64,000 nt of DNA, taken from an uncultured Candidatus Saccharibacteria bacterium (GTDB taxonomy: Bacteria > Patescibacteriota > Doudnabacteria > UBA920). The position numbers and the translations under genes are program-made. Position 1 is the first letter of the stretch. The number at the start of each line of letters is the position of its first letter. The stretch covers positions 1,189 to 65,188 of the forward strand of contig CAYYWQ010000001.1 of the NCBI GenBank assembly GCA_964474825.1, in the 5' to 3' direction. The notes beneath the pieces were generated by a model. The model ran no database searches and had not been told where the DNA came from. It saw only the letters and a program-made list of their open reading frames with translations. This document shows positions 46,296 to 55,262 of this stretch, piece after piece.

Positions 46296-46772
46296 ATGAC
46301 AAACAAAGAGTTCTTTTTAAGAACCATAAAAGAAGAAGCGTCTAAGTTTAGAAGCGTTATAGAAGCCTTGCCGGAAGACAAACATAGCCATAAAGTTCAT
46401 GAAAAGTCCCGCGAGGCAGGGAATTTGGCCGCGCAATTGGCTTTGCAATGGAAAGCTATTTCCGGGGTAGTAACCAAAGGTTCGCCGAATTTTGATCCCC
46501 ACGAAATGGGTCCGCAAAGCAAGGCAGACATGCTTGCGAAGTTCGACGAAGGCATGGAGCAAATGGTTAAAGACGTAGAAGCGGTTTCTGAAGAAGAGTG
46601 GGAGAACGGGGACGCGGCTATGGGAGAAATGTGGAAAGACAAAAAATATAATATGGCCTGGGGCTTCTTGTTTGATGCCATTCACCACCGCGGCCAGTTG
46701 AGCACATATCTTCGGGCCATGGGCGCAAAAGTCCCTTCCATTTACGGTCCTTCCGCGGACGCGCAAAACTAA
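46296..46772 (+). CDS. DinB/YfiT-like (DinB_2) metal-dependent hydrolase-fold protein
   Basis: C-terminal AIHHRGQLSTYLRAMG. Confidence 0.55.
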   Translation: MTNKEFFLRTIKEEASKFRSVIEALPEDKHSHKVHEKSREAGNLAAQLALQWKAISGVVTKGSPNFDPHEMGPQSKADMLAKFDEGMEQMVKDVEAVSEEEWENGDAAMGEMWKDKKYNMAWGFLFDAIHHRGQLSTYLRAMGAKVPSIYGPSADAQN

Positions 46773-46786
46773 ACACCGGTGTAAAT

Positions 46787-47146
46787 ATGAAGAAACCAAA
46801 AGACGTTGATTCTTATATAAAAGGTGCCCCACCGGAAACCAAAAGCAGGCTTAAAGAGCTTCGTAAAATTATAAAAGCTGTGGCGCCAAAGGCAGAGGAA
46901 AAAATTAGTTATGGCATGCCTTATTACGGGTACTTTGGACGATTAGCTTATTTTGCCTATGCCAAAAATCATGTTGGCTTGTATGTTATGCCCCCAACAG
47001 TTGAAGTGTTTAAACAGGAATTAAAAAGCTATAAAACTTTAAAAGCCACAGTCCAGTTTCCTTTAGTTAAACCGTTGCCTGTGGCCCTCATAAAAAAGTT
47101 AATAAAGTTTGGGATAAAAAGGAACGAGGAAAAGAGTAAAGCCTAA
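46787..47146 (+). CDS. DUF1801 (YdhG-like) domain protein
   Basis: VDSYIKGAPPETKSRLKELRKIIKAVAPKAEEKISYGMPYY is a canonical DUF1801. Confidence 0.55.
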   Translation: MKKPKDVDSYIKGAPPETKSRLKELRKIIKAVAPKAEEKISYGMPYYGYFGRLAYFAYAKNHVGLYVMPPTVEVFKQELKSYKTLKATVQFPLVKPLPVALIKKLIKFGIKRNEEKSKA

Positions 47147-47152
47147 AACAAG

Positions 47153-47668
47153 CTATTCTTCAACAGGCATTGCCAGCTTGTTGATTTTGGATTTGGCTAG
47201 GCTGTTTAATTTTTCGTCCGCGCCTTTTTCTTCTGCCAGGGTTTCTTCCAACAGTTCAGCTGCACGTTCATTGCCAAGAAGCAAGGCCCATTCTTTGGCT
47301 GTGCCATAGCCGGCCATTTCGTAATGCTCAACATACTGGGCCGCGGCAATTAAGGAAGCGTCCAGCGCCTGTTTTCCTTTAACGTTTTTTATGAGCCATT
47401 CCGCGTCTTTAATAAGACCGGCAATGGCCTCCACTTTGGTTTTTTGCGGCTTCATTTTCAGGGTTGCAAAAATTTGTTCCAATCTTTTTGCGTGCTGCTT
47501 GGTTTCCTCCAGGTGTTCTTTAAATCCGGCTTTTAACTGCGGGTCCGCGGAATTCTTTGCCATTTTAGGAAGGGCTTTAATAAGCTGGGATTCTATGTCG
47601 TAAAGCGCCTTTATTTTTAGCAAAAATAGTTCCGGCAAGCCTTCAATTGTTTTGCTGTTGTAAATCAT
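47153..47668 (-). CDS. Ferritin-like protein (YciE/YciF, DUF892)
   Basis: Four-helix-bundle pattern with Glu/His-rich pairs (EHLEETKQHAKRLE). Confidence 0.6.
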   Translation of the reverse strand: MIYNSKTIEGLPELFLLKIKALYDIESQLIKALPKMAKNSADPQLKAGFKEHLEETKQHAKRLEQIFATLKMKPQKTKVEAIAGLIKDAEWLIKNVKGKQALDASLIAAAQYVEHYEMAGYGTAKEWALLLGNERAAELLEETLAEEKGADEKLNSLAKSKINKLAMPVEE

Positions 47669-47855
47669 AAAAGCCCCACTCCTTGGTTAAGGTTAATTTT
47701 CTAGCTTTCTTCGTTGTCCGCGTCTGCGTCGTGGGCTGCCGCGGCGTCCCTGTCCGCCTGGGCGGCCTCATCGCGTTGTTGGTTTGCGGTGTCATCTGCT
47801 TGTGTTGAATCTGCCATATAATTAGTCTCCTTTATAATTTGGTAATTAGGGTTAG

Positions 47856-48095
47856 TTAGTTAGATTGTAAAAATTTCTTTTGTAAATATTTTTCTTCAAA
47901 ATAAGAGAAGTCGCAGTGTGAGGGGCGGGAGCCCAGGAGGTCGGAATAATTATGTGTATTAAAATTAGTTTTGGGCAATTCAAACTCTTCCAAGCCCCCG
48001 CGTTTGTGGGGATTTTTTGAACTTTTTATTACCCTTAGTATGCCTGAGCCGATTTTTTTAAAAGCCTTGGGTAAGGGAAAGGTTTTGTAAAGCAT
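47856..48095 (-). CDS. Hypothetical protein
   Basis: 79-aa ORF with an RBS aaggag upstream. It is followed by a GC-rich hairpin. Confidence 0.3.
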   Translation of the reverse strand: MLYKTFPLPKAFKKIGSGILRVIKSSKNPHKRGGLEEFELPKTNFNTHNYSDLLGSRPSHCDFSYFEEKYLQKKFLQSN

Positions 48096-48431
48096 GAATA
48101 CTCCTTAAAATGGGGGAGAGGCCGGTGTTTAGGCCGGACCTCTCCGTCCACCTAGGTTCTGTTCTTAAGTTTTTCACATTCTGGATTGTTTTCGGGCGCC
48201 CTTTCTTCCTCTGGCAGAAGAAGATGACTTGGTAGTCCTGGAGCGCGAGCGTTTATTCTGTGGCATGGTATTGTCTCCTACAGGGATTTCATACCGATTT
48301 CTTAAGGGCTGTCAGAGCGGGTTTTGCCTCGGCAAAACATGGCTTTGGGACAAGGCCGTTAAAAAGCTAAGGTTATTTCGGTGCGGGTCCCTGTCTATAT
48401 TAGTAAGTTTGGGTATAGGCTTTCGGAAAGC

Positions 48432-48563
48432 TTAATTGTTGCTGCCGCTGTTACCCTGTCCACCCTGGCCGCTTTGGCCACCCTGGCGGTTACCGCTGCC
48501 GGAGTCGTTGTTGTCTTGCTGTCTGTTGGCGTTCGGGGTGTTGGTGTTGTTGGAAGTTGTCAT
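48432..48563 (-). CDS. Small Gly/Asn/Gln-rich low-complexity protein (43 aa)
   Basis: Strong RBS gagaggaggtgaaaaat-ATG. The sequence is MTTSNNTNTPNANRQQDNNDSGSGNRQGGQSGQGGQGNSGSNN. The longer six-frame ORF (85 aa) has no RBS at its first Met. Confidence 0.3.
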   Translation of the reverse strand: MTTSNNTNTPNANRQQDNNDSGSGNRQGGQSGQGGQGNSGSNN

Positions 48564-48842
48564 ATTTTTCACCTCCTCTCGGTGTATTAATAATAAATAA
48601 TTTAATTTACAGTCGCATCCGCAACAGTTAAAATAAAATTTAGGAAAAATAAAAACCGAACACTCTATTACAATGTCCGGTTTCGCCACTGGCCTATCCG
48701 TGATTATAAGGCGACCAAATAATAAATCACGGGTTTTCGGCTTACACTTTATTTAATTCTCTTGCGCATATATTAAAACGAATATCTAACAAGAAAGTTA
48801 CATTTTATGTTGAATAAAATTAACTTCTTGGTTAAAAGGGTT

Positions 48843-49943
48843 TTAGCCGTTTTCTTTTTCTTGGAAACTGAAAGTCAAGGTGGCCAGGAAAATTAAAATA
48901 ATTCCCCAAACCAACATGGCAATTAAATTTTTGGAAATGTCCATGAACCCCGCGTTTTTTGTCATAATATCGCGGAGCGCGGTGGAAAAATAAGTCAGCG
49001 GCAAAAATTTGGCAATGTTTTGGAGCCAGTTTGGCATATTGGAAATTGGGAAAAAGGTTCCGCCTAAAAACAGCATGGGGAAAACAATTAAGTTAGCCAG
49101 CGCTGGGACTGTTTCCACGGTTTTGGAAAGTCCGGAAATTGTATAGCCTAATCCCAGGAACATTAACGCACCTAAAATTACGCAAAGCAAAACCAAAAAC
49201 AGCGAGCCAATAATGTGGGCTTTGAACAGGAACACTCCCACTGCAATAAATATGGCAGTCTGGAGGACGGCAACAATTAGTCTCGTAAAAACATTGGCAG
49301 CTACAAACTGGAAGGGGCGCATTGGAGTGGCAAGCAGGCGCTTAAGCACTCCCTTTTCTTTGTATTGGGCAAAGGCAAAAGCCACTGAGAACACGGACAT
49401 TTGCATAATTGAAAGAGCAATTAAACCCGGCAACAAAAATTCAAAGTAAGTCAGGTTTTTGGAGTTGACTGCTTTTTCTTCCACGGTAAACAGGGTAGGG
49501 GCATTGGTTATGGCTAAGGTGGTTTTGTCCAAATATGTGCTCAATATGGAAAGTACGGTTTGGGATTGAGCGGCTTGTCCTTGGTTAGTGTGGGCAATAA
49601 TTACTTTTGCTTGAGTTGTGGCGGTAGTTTGCGATATTAAATCATTGGGAACTTCCAGCACCACCGTGCGGTTGCCTTCGTTTAATTCTTTAAGTTCACT
49701 GTCCAGTGTACCTTCGTGGATTTTAAAAGTCGGGAAATTTTTTAGCTGGTCAACAAACTGCTGGGTTTCCTGGTTGGGGTGTTGGTCTATTAACCCCACG
49801 TCAAATTTAGGGGGCTTGTCGAAACCAATGAGGCCAAAAACTATCATAATAAGCAGGGGAGAGAACAAAGTAAAAAACAGCGCCTGCTTGTTGCGAAAAA
49901 ACATTTTTATGGAAGACTTTGTAAGGGTTGTTGTTGTAGACAT
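48843..49943 (-). CDS. ABC-2 type transporter permease
   Basis: N-terminal TM helix, a large extracytoplasmic loop, then 5 C-terminal TM helices. It is directly downstream of the ATPase gene. Confidence 0.7.
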   Translation of the reverse strand: MSTTTTLTKSSIKMFFRNKQALFFTLFSPLLIMIVFGLIGFDKPPKFDVGLIDQHPNQETQQFVDQLKNFPTFKIHEGTLDSELKELNEGNRTVVLEVPNDLISQTTATTQAKVIIAHTNQGQAAQSQTVLSILSTYLDKTTLAITNAPTLFTVEEKAVNSKNLTYFEFLLPGLIALSIMQMSVFSVAFAFAQYKEKGVLKRLLATPMRPFQFVAANVFTRLIVAVLQTAIFIAVGVFLFKAHIIGSLFLVLLCVILGALMFLGLGYTISGLSKTVETVPALANLIVFPMLFLGGTFFPISNMPNWLQNIAKFLPLTYFSTALRDIMTKNAGFMDISKNLIAMLVWGIILIFLATLTFSFQEKENG

Positions 49944-49957
49944 AAAAGTTTAAGAAA

Positions 49958-50875
49958 TTAATCCCGTAATTGGTGTCCGGTTAATTTTAAGAAGACGTCT
50001 TCCAGTGTGGCGCGTTTTAAGCTCAGCTCCTCAACCTTAAAGCCCGATCCGCGGCTTAAGGAAAACAGCCCATCTAAAGTGGCTTGAGGATCTTTTGTGG
50101 TGACAAAGTACATAAATTTTTCGCGTTTGACCGCGTCTGCTGCGGGAAGCTTTAACAGCTGGGATTCCGCAATATCAGACCTGGACATGAATTCCACGGT
50201 AGGGCTTACCTCGGTTTGCATAAGCAAGTTTGTGGTTGTGTCTAAAGCTACAATTTTTGCGTGGTCCATAACCGCTATGCGGTCACACAAAACTTCCGCT
50301 TCGTCCATGTAGTGGGTGGTTAAGACAACTGTTTTGCCGCGTTTTTTTATGGACTCCACTAAATCCCAAAGATTCCTGCGGGCCTGCGGGTCTAAGCCCG
50401 TAGTTGGTTCGTCCAAAAAAAGAATTTTTGGGTCATTAACCAAGCCTACGGCAATGGAAAGGCGCTGTTTTTGTCCCCCGGAAAGTTCTTTGACTTGGTT
50501 TTTGGCCTTGTCTTCCAGTTGGACTTCTTTAAGTAAATCCATTGGGTTAACTTTTCTGTTATAAAATGAAGCAAAGGTTTCTATGAGCTCCAATAAATTC
50601 AAGCCTTCAAAAAAAGTTGAAGCCTGTAATTGTACCCCGATTATGGACTTTACCGCTTGTGTTTCTTTGGTAACGTCTTTTCCGTCTAATGTTATTTTTC
50701 CGGAGGTTATGTTTTTTAGGCCCTCTATCATTTCCAGGGTTGTAGTTTTGCCGGCTCCGTTGGGGCCAAGTATTCCAAAAGTTTCTCCGGCTTCCACGTT
50801 AAAAGAAATATTGTCAACGGCCGTGAAATCACCGTATTTTTTGGTCAAGTTTTTTACTTCAATTATAGAAGGCAT
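49958..50875 (-). CDS. ABC transporter ATP-binding protein
   Basis: Walker A GPNGAGKTT, signature LSGGQKQR and Walker B ILFLDEPT. Confidence 0.85.
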   Translation of the reverse strand: MPSIIEVKNLTKKYGDFTAVDNISFNVEAGETFGILGPNGAGKTTTLEMIEGLKNITSGKITLDGKDVTKETQAVKSIIGVQLQASTFFEGLNLLELIETFASFYNRKVNPMDLLKEVQLEDKAKNQVKELSGGQKQRLSIAVGLVNDPKILFLDEPTTGLDPQARRNLWDLVESIKKRGKTVVLTTHYMDEAEVLCDRIAVMDHAKIVALDTTTNLLMQTEVSPTVEFMSRSDIAESQLLKLPAADAVKREKFMYFVTTKDPQATLDGLFSLSRGSGFKVEELSLKRATLEDVFLKLTGHQLRD

Positions 50876-51089
50876 GTTTTATAATATAATTATTTTTTAC
50901 AATATTAGTGAATTATATCTGAAAATTCATTTTCAGGGAAATACTTGAAATTTTATGGATGTATATAGGGTAAAACGAACATTACCCAATAAAGTTTCCC
51001 CCTGTTTGGGACAAGGTTAAAATTTTGTTATAATACAAATTCAAACATTAAAGCCCCTATTAAAGAGGGCTAGGGAGAGGGATAAATTT

Positions 51090-51503
51090 ATGGCTAAAAT
51101 GAACCCGGTGGTACATTTTGAAATGCCCTACGAAGACAAGGCCCGCATGGCAGATTTTTATTCAAAAGCTTTTGGCTGGACAGCGCAAATGCTTGGTCCG
51201 GAAATGGGTGAGTATGTGGTTGTTCATACCAGTGAAACAGACGACAAAAATATGATAAAAGAACCGGGCAGGATTAATGGCGGGTTTTTTAAAAGGACTA
51301 AAGACCACCAGACTCCTTCCGTGGTAATAGCGGTGGACGACATCCAGGAAGCCATGAAGCAAGTTACAGAAGCCGGGGGTAAAATTTTGGGCGGAAGCCA
51401 TGGTCCGGACAAACCGGATGATATTCCCGGGATTGGTTTATATATTGCAATAGTAGACACAGAAGGCAATAAGGTTGCACTGCTGCAGCCAAAGGGAATG
51501 TAG
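51090..51503 (+). CDS. VOC-family (glyoxalase/bleomycin-resistance fold) protein
   Basis: 137 aa with a paired beta-alpha-beta-beta-beta module pattern (VHFEMPYED..., GIGLYIAIVDTEGNKVAL). Confidence 0.55.
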   Translation: MAKMNPVVHFEMPYEDKARMADFYSKAFGWTAQMLGPEMGEYVVVHTSETDDKNMIKEPGRINGGFFKRTKDHQTPSVVIAVDDIQEAMKQVTEAGGKILGGSHGPDKPDDIPGIGLYIAIVDTEGNKVALLQPKGM

Positions 51504-51509
51504 AAATTA

Positions 51510-51532
51510 GTCAGTAGGAAGTAGCGGGTAGT
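51510..51532 (+). repeat. Half-copy of the GTAGCG(R)GTAG repeat family (agtcagtaggaagtagcgggtag)
   Basis: 22/23 identical to 52025-52047. Confidence 0.45.
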
Positions 51533-51554
51533 AATTAATAGAAAGGAATCCTAT

Positions 51555-52019
51555 ATGAAAAAATTACATTTTAACATTACCATCAACGCGCCAAAGGAAA
51601 AGGTTTGGCATGCCATGTTAGACAAAGAGTCTTATAAAGAATGGACATTGGTGTTTAATGCAGGCGGTTCATATTATAAAGGAGATTGGAGTAAGGGTTC
51701 AAAAATACTTTTTATTGGTCCCGATCCAAAAACCGGAAAAGAGGGCGGCATGGTCAGCCGAATTGCCGAGAATAAGCCATATGAATTTATTTCCATAGAG
51801 CATGTAGGAATTGTAAACGACGGAGTAGAGGACACCACAAGCGAAGAGGCTAAAAAATGGACTCCGGCTTTTGAAAATTACACTTTTAAAGAAACCAATG
51901 GGGCGACCGAAGTTTTAGTGGACATGGACGGTGCAGATGAGTATGCGGAAATGTTTGAGGGTATGTGGCCAAAGGCTTTGCAGAGGTTAAAAGAAATAGC
52001 AGAAAAAAGTAACATTTAG
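51555..52019 (+). CDS. SRPBCC/AHSA1 domain protein
   Basis: INAPKEKVWHAMLDKESYKEWT. Confidence 0.6.
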   Translation: MKKLHFNITINAPKEKVWHAMLDKESYKEWTLVFNAGGSYYKGDWSKGSKILFIGPDPKTGKEGGMVSRIAENKPYEFISIEHVGIVNDGVEDTTSEEAKKWTPAFENYTFKETNGATEVLVDMDGADEYAEMFEGMWPKALQRLKEIAEKSNI

Positions 52020-52092
52020 TAAGTAGTCAGTAGGGAGTAGCGGGTAGCAGTTTCTTGGACCGCCTTCCTACTTCCTACCAGCTACTTACTAC
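52019..52092 (+). repeat. Long palindromic intergenic element (~23-bp imperfect stem) of the GTAGCG(R)GTAG family
   Basis: The sequence agtaagtagtcagtagggagtag...ctacttcctaccagctacttact contains the 23-mer agtcagtagggagtagcgggtag, which is shared with 51510-51532. Confidence 0.5.
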
Positions 52093-52103
52093 TCACTAAT
52101 ACA

Positions 52104-52481
52104 ATGAACGCAATCCCATATATTGAAATTCAAGCGGAAAGTCCCGAAAGGGCAGTAAATTTTTATAAGGAAATATTTGGTTGGAAGTTTGAGAAAGACC
52201 CTAATATTCCAATTGAATATTGGCGGCTGGAAGCCGGGGGAGTCCGCGGCGGGGTGCTTAAGCGCCCCGCAAAAACACCCCCCAAGGAACATGGAACCAA
52301 TGCCTTTACTTGTTCTTTTGAAGTGGAAAAGTTTGACGCTACTGCGCAAAAAATTATTGTCCTTGGCGGGCAGGTTGCCATGGAAAAATTTGCAGTTCCA
52401 GGCAAATGTTGGCAAGGATATTTTTTAGACACCGAAAATAATGTTTTTGGCGTATTTGAGCCTGACGAAAACGCAAAATAA
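52104..52481 (+). CDS. VOC-family protein
   Basis: 125 aa with a glyoxalase-like fold pattern. Confidence 0.5.
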   Translation: MNAIPYIEIQAESPERAVNFYKEIFGWKFEKDPNIPIEYWRLEAGGVRGGVLKRPAKTPPKEHGTNAFTCSFEVEKFDATAQKIIVLGGQVAMEKFAVPGKCWQGYFLDTENNVFGVFEPDENAK

Positions 52482-52498
52482 TTAACATAATAAAAATT

Positions 52499-52960
52499 AT
52501 GAGCCAACAAATAACTCCATTTTTGTGGTTTAACAACAACCTGGAAGAAGCAATGAAGTTTTATACTTCTGTCTTTAAAGATTCCAAAATCATTACGGCT
52601 AACCCGGGGCCTGACGGTAAAGTTATGATGGGGATATTTGAGCTCCAAGGACAGAAATTCTACGGCTTAAATGGCGGGCCTGAATTTAAATTTACCGAAG
52701 CAGTTTCTTTTTTTGTAGACTGCGAATCCCAGGAAGAAGTAGATGATCTTTGGAATAAACTTACGGCTAATGGGGGACAAGAATCTCAATGCGGCTGGTT
52801 AAAAGACAAGTATGGCTTGTCATGGCAAATTATCCCAAAAGAATTAGGGCCAATGTTAGGGGATAAAGATCCGGTTAAAGCCAATAGGGTAATGCAGGCT
52901 ATGCTGAAAATGAAAAAGATTATTATTGCGGATTTAGAGGCTGCTTACAATCAAAATTAA
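52499..52960 (+). CDS. VOC-superfamily protein, PhnB-like
   Basis: ITPFLWFNNNLEEAMKFYTSVF. This is a paralog of 43436-43885. Confidence 0.6.
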   Translation: MSQQITPFLWFNNNLEEAMKFYTSVFKDSKIITANPGPDGKVMMGIFELQGQKFYGLNGGPEFKFTEAVSFFVDCESQEEVDDLWNKLTANGGQESQCGWLKDKYGLSWQIIPKELGPMLGDKDPVKANRVMQAMLKMKKIIIADLEAAYNQN

Positions 52961-53020
52961 TCCCTTCAATAAATTAAAACCGCCATTTGTTTTGGCGGTT
53001 TTAATTTGGCCGGAAAAAGG

Positions 53021-53260
53021 CTATCTTATTGAGCGAACCAGTGCAATAAGAACAATGGCCCCTAGCACTGCCACTAAAAAGCTGTAAAGGTTAAATCCGG
53101 TTACGCCGGTTTTGCCAAAGAAGCTCATAAGCCAACCTCCAACAACCGCCCCTATTATACCTACTATAATGTCCGCTAAAAGCCCTTGGTTGTTGCCGGT
53201 AATTAAAGACGCTATCCAACCGGCTATAGCTCCAAAAATTATCCAAAGTATAATCCCCAT
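53021..53260 (-). CDS. GlsB/YeaQ/YmgE-family small membrane protein (transglycosylase-associated)
   Basis: MGIILWIIFGAIAGWIASLITG is the canonical family N-terminus. Confidence 0.7.
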   Translation of the reverse strand: MGIILWIIFGAIAGWIASLITGNNQGLLADIIVGIIGAVVGGWLMSFFGKTGVTGFNLYSFLVAVLGAIVLIALVRSIR

Positions 53261-53274
53261 ATAATTTATATTAA

Positions 53275-53457
53275 TTATCTACGTTTAGCTTTGGGAGTTT
53301 TTGCCCCCATTTTCCTGGCCTCAGAAAGGCCAATTGCTATTGCTTGTTTGCGGCTTGTAACTTTTTTTCCGCTACGCCCGCTTTTTAATTTACCTCTTTT
53401 CATTTCATGCATGGCGCGTTGCACTTTTTTTTGTGCGGTTTTTCCATATTTTGGCAT
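53275..53457 (-). CDS. Small basic protein (60 aa), stress-protein-like
   Basis: aggagg RBS 8 nt upstream of the ATG for MPKYGKTAQKKVQRAMHEMKRGKLKSGRSGKKVTSRKQAIAIGLSEARKMGAK. The upstream in-frame Met of the longer ORF lacks an RBS. Confidence 0.4.
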   Translation of the reverse strand: MPKYGKTAQKKVQRAMHEMKRGKLKSGRSGKKVTSRKQAIAIGLSEARKMGAKTPKAKRR

Positions 53458-53582
53458 GATAACCACCTCCTTCTGCAATATAAAACTCTAAAAGAAACTT
53501 TTTGTTATCAAAAGTGTTTCAATTAAGGCGTTTAAAAACAAAAGTATTGACAAGCTTTTTTGAATAATGTATATTCAACTAT

Positions 53583-53903
53583 ATGGTTGAATATACATTA
53601 TCACTGGACAGCATTTTTGGCTCCTTAGCAGACCCCACCAGGAGGGATATTTTGAGGCGCGTAGCTAAAAAAGAACTTTCTATTGGCCAAATTGCCAAAT
53701 CCTATAAATTAACTTTTGCGGCCATTTCCAAGCATTTAAAAGTTTTGGAAAAGGCCAAGTTAATTGTTAAAAAACGGCGGGGGAAAGAGCAGGTCGTAAG
53801 TATTTATCCGGCAGCCATAAAAGACGCGGAAGCTTACCTTAAAAATTACGAAGCCATTTGGAACCGGCGGTTTGACCGCATAGAGGAATTATTAAAAAAA
53901 TAA
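53583..53903 (+). CDS. ArsR/SmtB-family transcriptional regulator
   Basis: IFGSLADPTRRDILRRVAKKELSIGQIAKSYKLTFAAISKHLKVL is a winged HTH of the ArsR family. Confidence 0.75.
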   Translation: MVEYTLSLDSIFGSLADPTRRDILRRVAKKELSIGQIAKSYKLTFAAISKHLKVLEKAKLIVKKRRGKEQVVSIYPAAIKDAEAYLKNYEAIWNRRFDRIEELLKK

Positions 53904-53930
53904 TCTTAAAATTAATAGAAAGGGAAAAAT

Positions 53931-54410
53931 ATGGGCAATAAAACTACGTTTACAGTAAAAAAAGAAAATTTGGAAGTGGCAATGGAGCGCGTGTTTAATG
54001 CGCCGAGGGAAAAGATTTGGAAAATAATGTCAGACCCAAAATTAATACCGCAATGGTGGGGGCCTGCTGAATATGAGACCACAGTAGATAAAATGGATTT
54101 TAGGGTAGGCGGGGAGTGGCGTTTTGTCCAAAAGGGTAAAGATGCACAGGAATTCGGTTTCCACGGCGTGTACCAGAAAATTGAAGAGCCAAAAATAATA
54201 TCCGACACGTTTAATTTTGAAGGCATTCCCGCCGGCCATGAATTGGTAGAAACAATGGTTTTAGAAGATTTGGGAAACGGTCAAACCAAAGTTATTGGCA
54301 TCTCCAAATACCAAAATATGGAAGACCTTGAAGGAATGGTTAATTCTGGTATGGAAGGGGGCGCGGTGGAAACTTGGGAAAGGCTTGCTCAACTTGTTGA
54401 GAAGGCATAA
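53931..54410 (+). CDS. SRPBCC/AHSA1 domain protein (ArsR-associated)
   Basis: FNAPREKIWKIMSDPKLIPQWWGP. Confidence 0.65.
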   Translation: MGNKTTFTVKKENLEVAMERVFNAPREKIWKIMSDPKLIPQWWGPAEYETTVDKMDFRVGGEWRFVQKGKDAQEFGFHGVYQKIEEPKIISDTFNFEGIPAGHELVETMVLEDLGNGQTKVIGISKYQNMEDLEGMVNSGMEGGAVETWERLAQLVEKA

Positions 54411-54419
54411 AATTACTCC

Positions 54420-54866
54420 ATGGATTACGAAAGATTTATGGAGTTGGCAATAGCGCAGGGAAGGTTGGCAAAAGAGGCCGGTGAATGGCCTTTTGGCGCG
54501 GTAATTGTTTGCGGGGAAAAAGTTGTTGCCCGAAATCGCCGTTCTGAAACGGCAGACAAAAATGCATTGTCCCATGCTGAACTTAAAGCGGTTGGCGATG
54601 CCTGTAAAGCTTTGGGAAAAAATAACCTCAGCGACTGCGTTATTTATTGCACGAACGAACCGTGCCTTATGTGCGCGGCGTCCATTTTCCAGGCCAAAAT
54701 TCCAAAAGTTGTTATTGCGGCTTCCCGAACGGATTTTCCAGATTTGCTCAGGCCAAGAAAATTACACATAGAAGATTTGGCTGCTGACTCGGGTTATAAA
54801 GTGGAAATTATAAAAGGAATTTTAAAAGACAAGGTTTTGGAACTATTTAAAGGCATAAAAAAATAA
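54420..54866 (+). CDS. CMP/dCMP-type nucleoside deaminase (TadA/guanine deaminase-like)
   Basis: Zinc-binding HAE...CTNEPCLMCAASI motifs. Confidence 0.75.
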   Translation: MDYERFMELAIAQGRLAKEAGEWPFGAVIVCGEKVVARNRRSETADKNALSHAELKAVGDACKALGKNNLSDCVIYCTNEPCLMCAASIFQAKIPKVVIAASRTDFPDLLRPRKLHIEDLAADSGYKVEIIKGILKDKVLELFKGIKK

Positions 54867-54904
54867 TACCCGTTTGCTTAGGCTAACGGAAAAGGAGAAT
54901 AACT

Positions 54905-55198
54905 ATGATTATCGTCCACGACACTTTTGTGTGCAAGCCCGGCAATGCTTCCAAAGTGGCCAAAATGTTTAAGGAAGCTATGGAAGGAAATAAGGATGTG
55001 GTTAATATAATGACAGATATGACAGGCCAGTACCACAGGGTAATAATGGTTTCAAAATATGAAAACCTTGCGGCTTACGAAAAAAGTTTTGAAGAGTACA
55101 TGAAAGACACAGAGGAAAACAGGAAAATGGGAGAAAAAATGAAAGGCATGTCAGATATGTATACCAGTGGCGGTCGGGAAATTTATAAGGTTTGGTAA
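54905..55198 (+). CDS. Hypothetical 97-aa protein
   Basis: RBS aaaggagaataact-ATG. No recognisable family. Confidence 0.35.
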   Translation: MIIVHDTFVCKPGNASKVAKMFKEAMEGNKDVVNIMTDMTGQYHRVIMVSKYENLAAYEKSFEEYMKDTEENRKMGEKMKGMSDMYTSGGREIYKVW

Positions 55199-55262
55199 AA
55201 ATAAACACGGCTTAATAAGCCGTGTTTTTATAATGTAAAATTTAGGAGTATACTATATAAAC

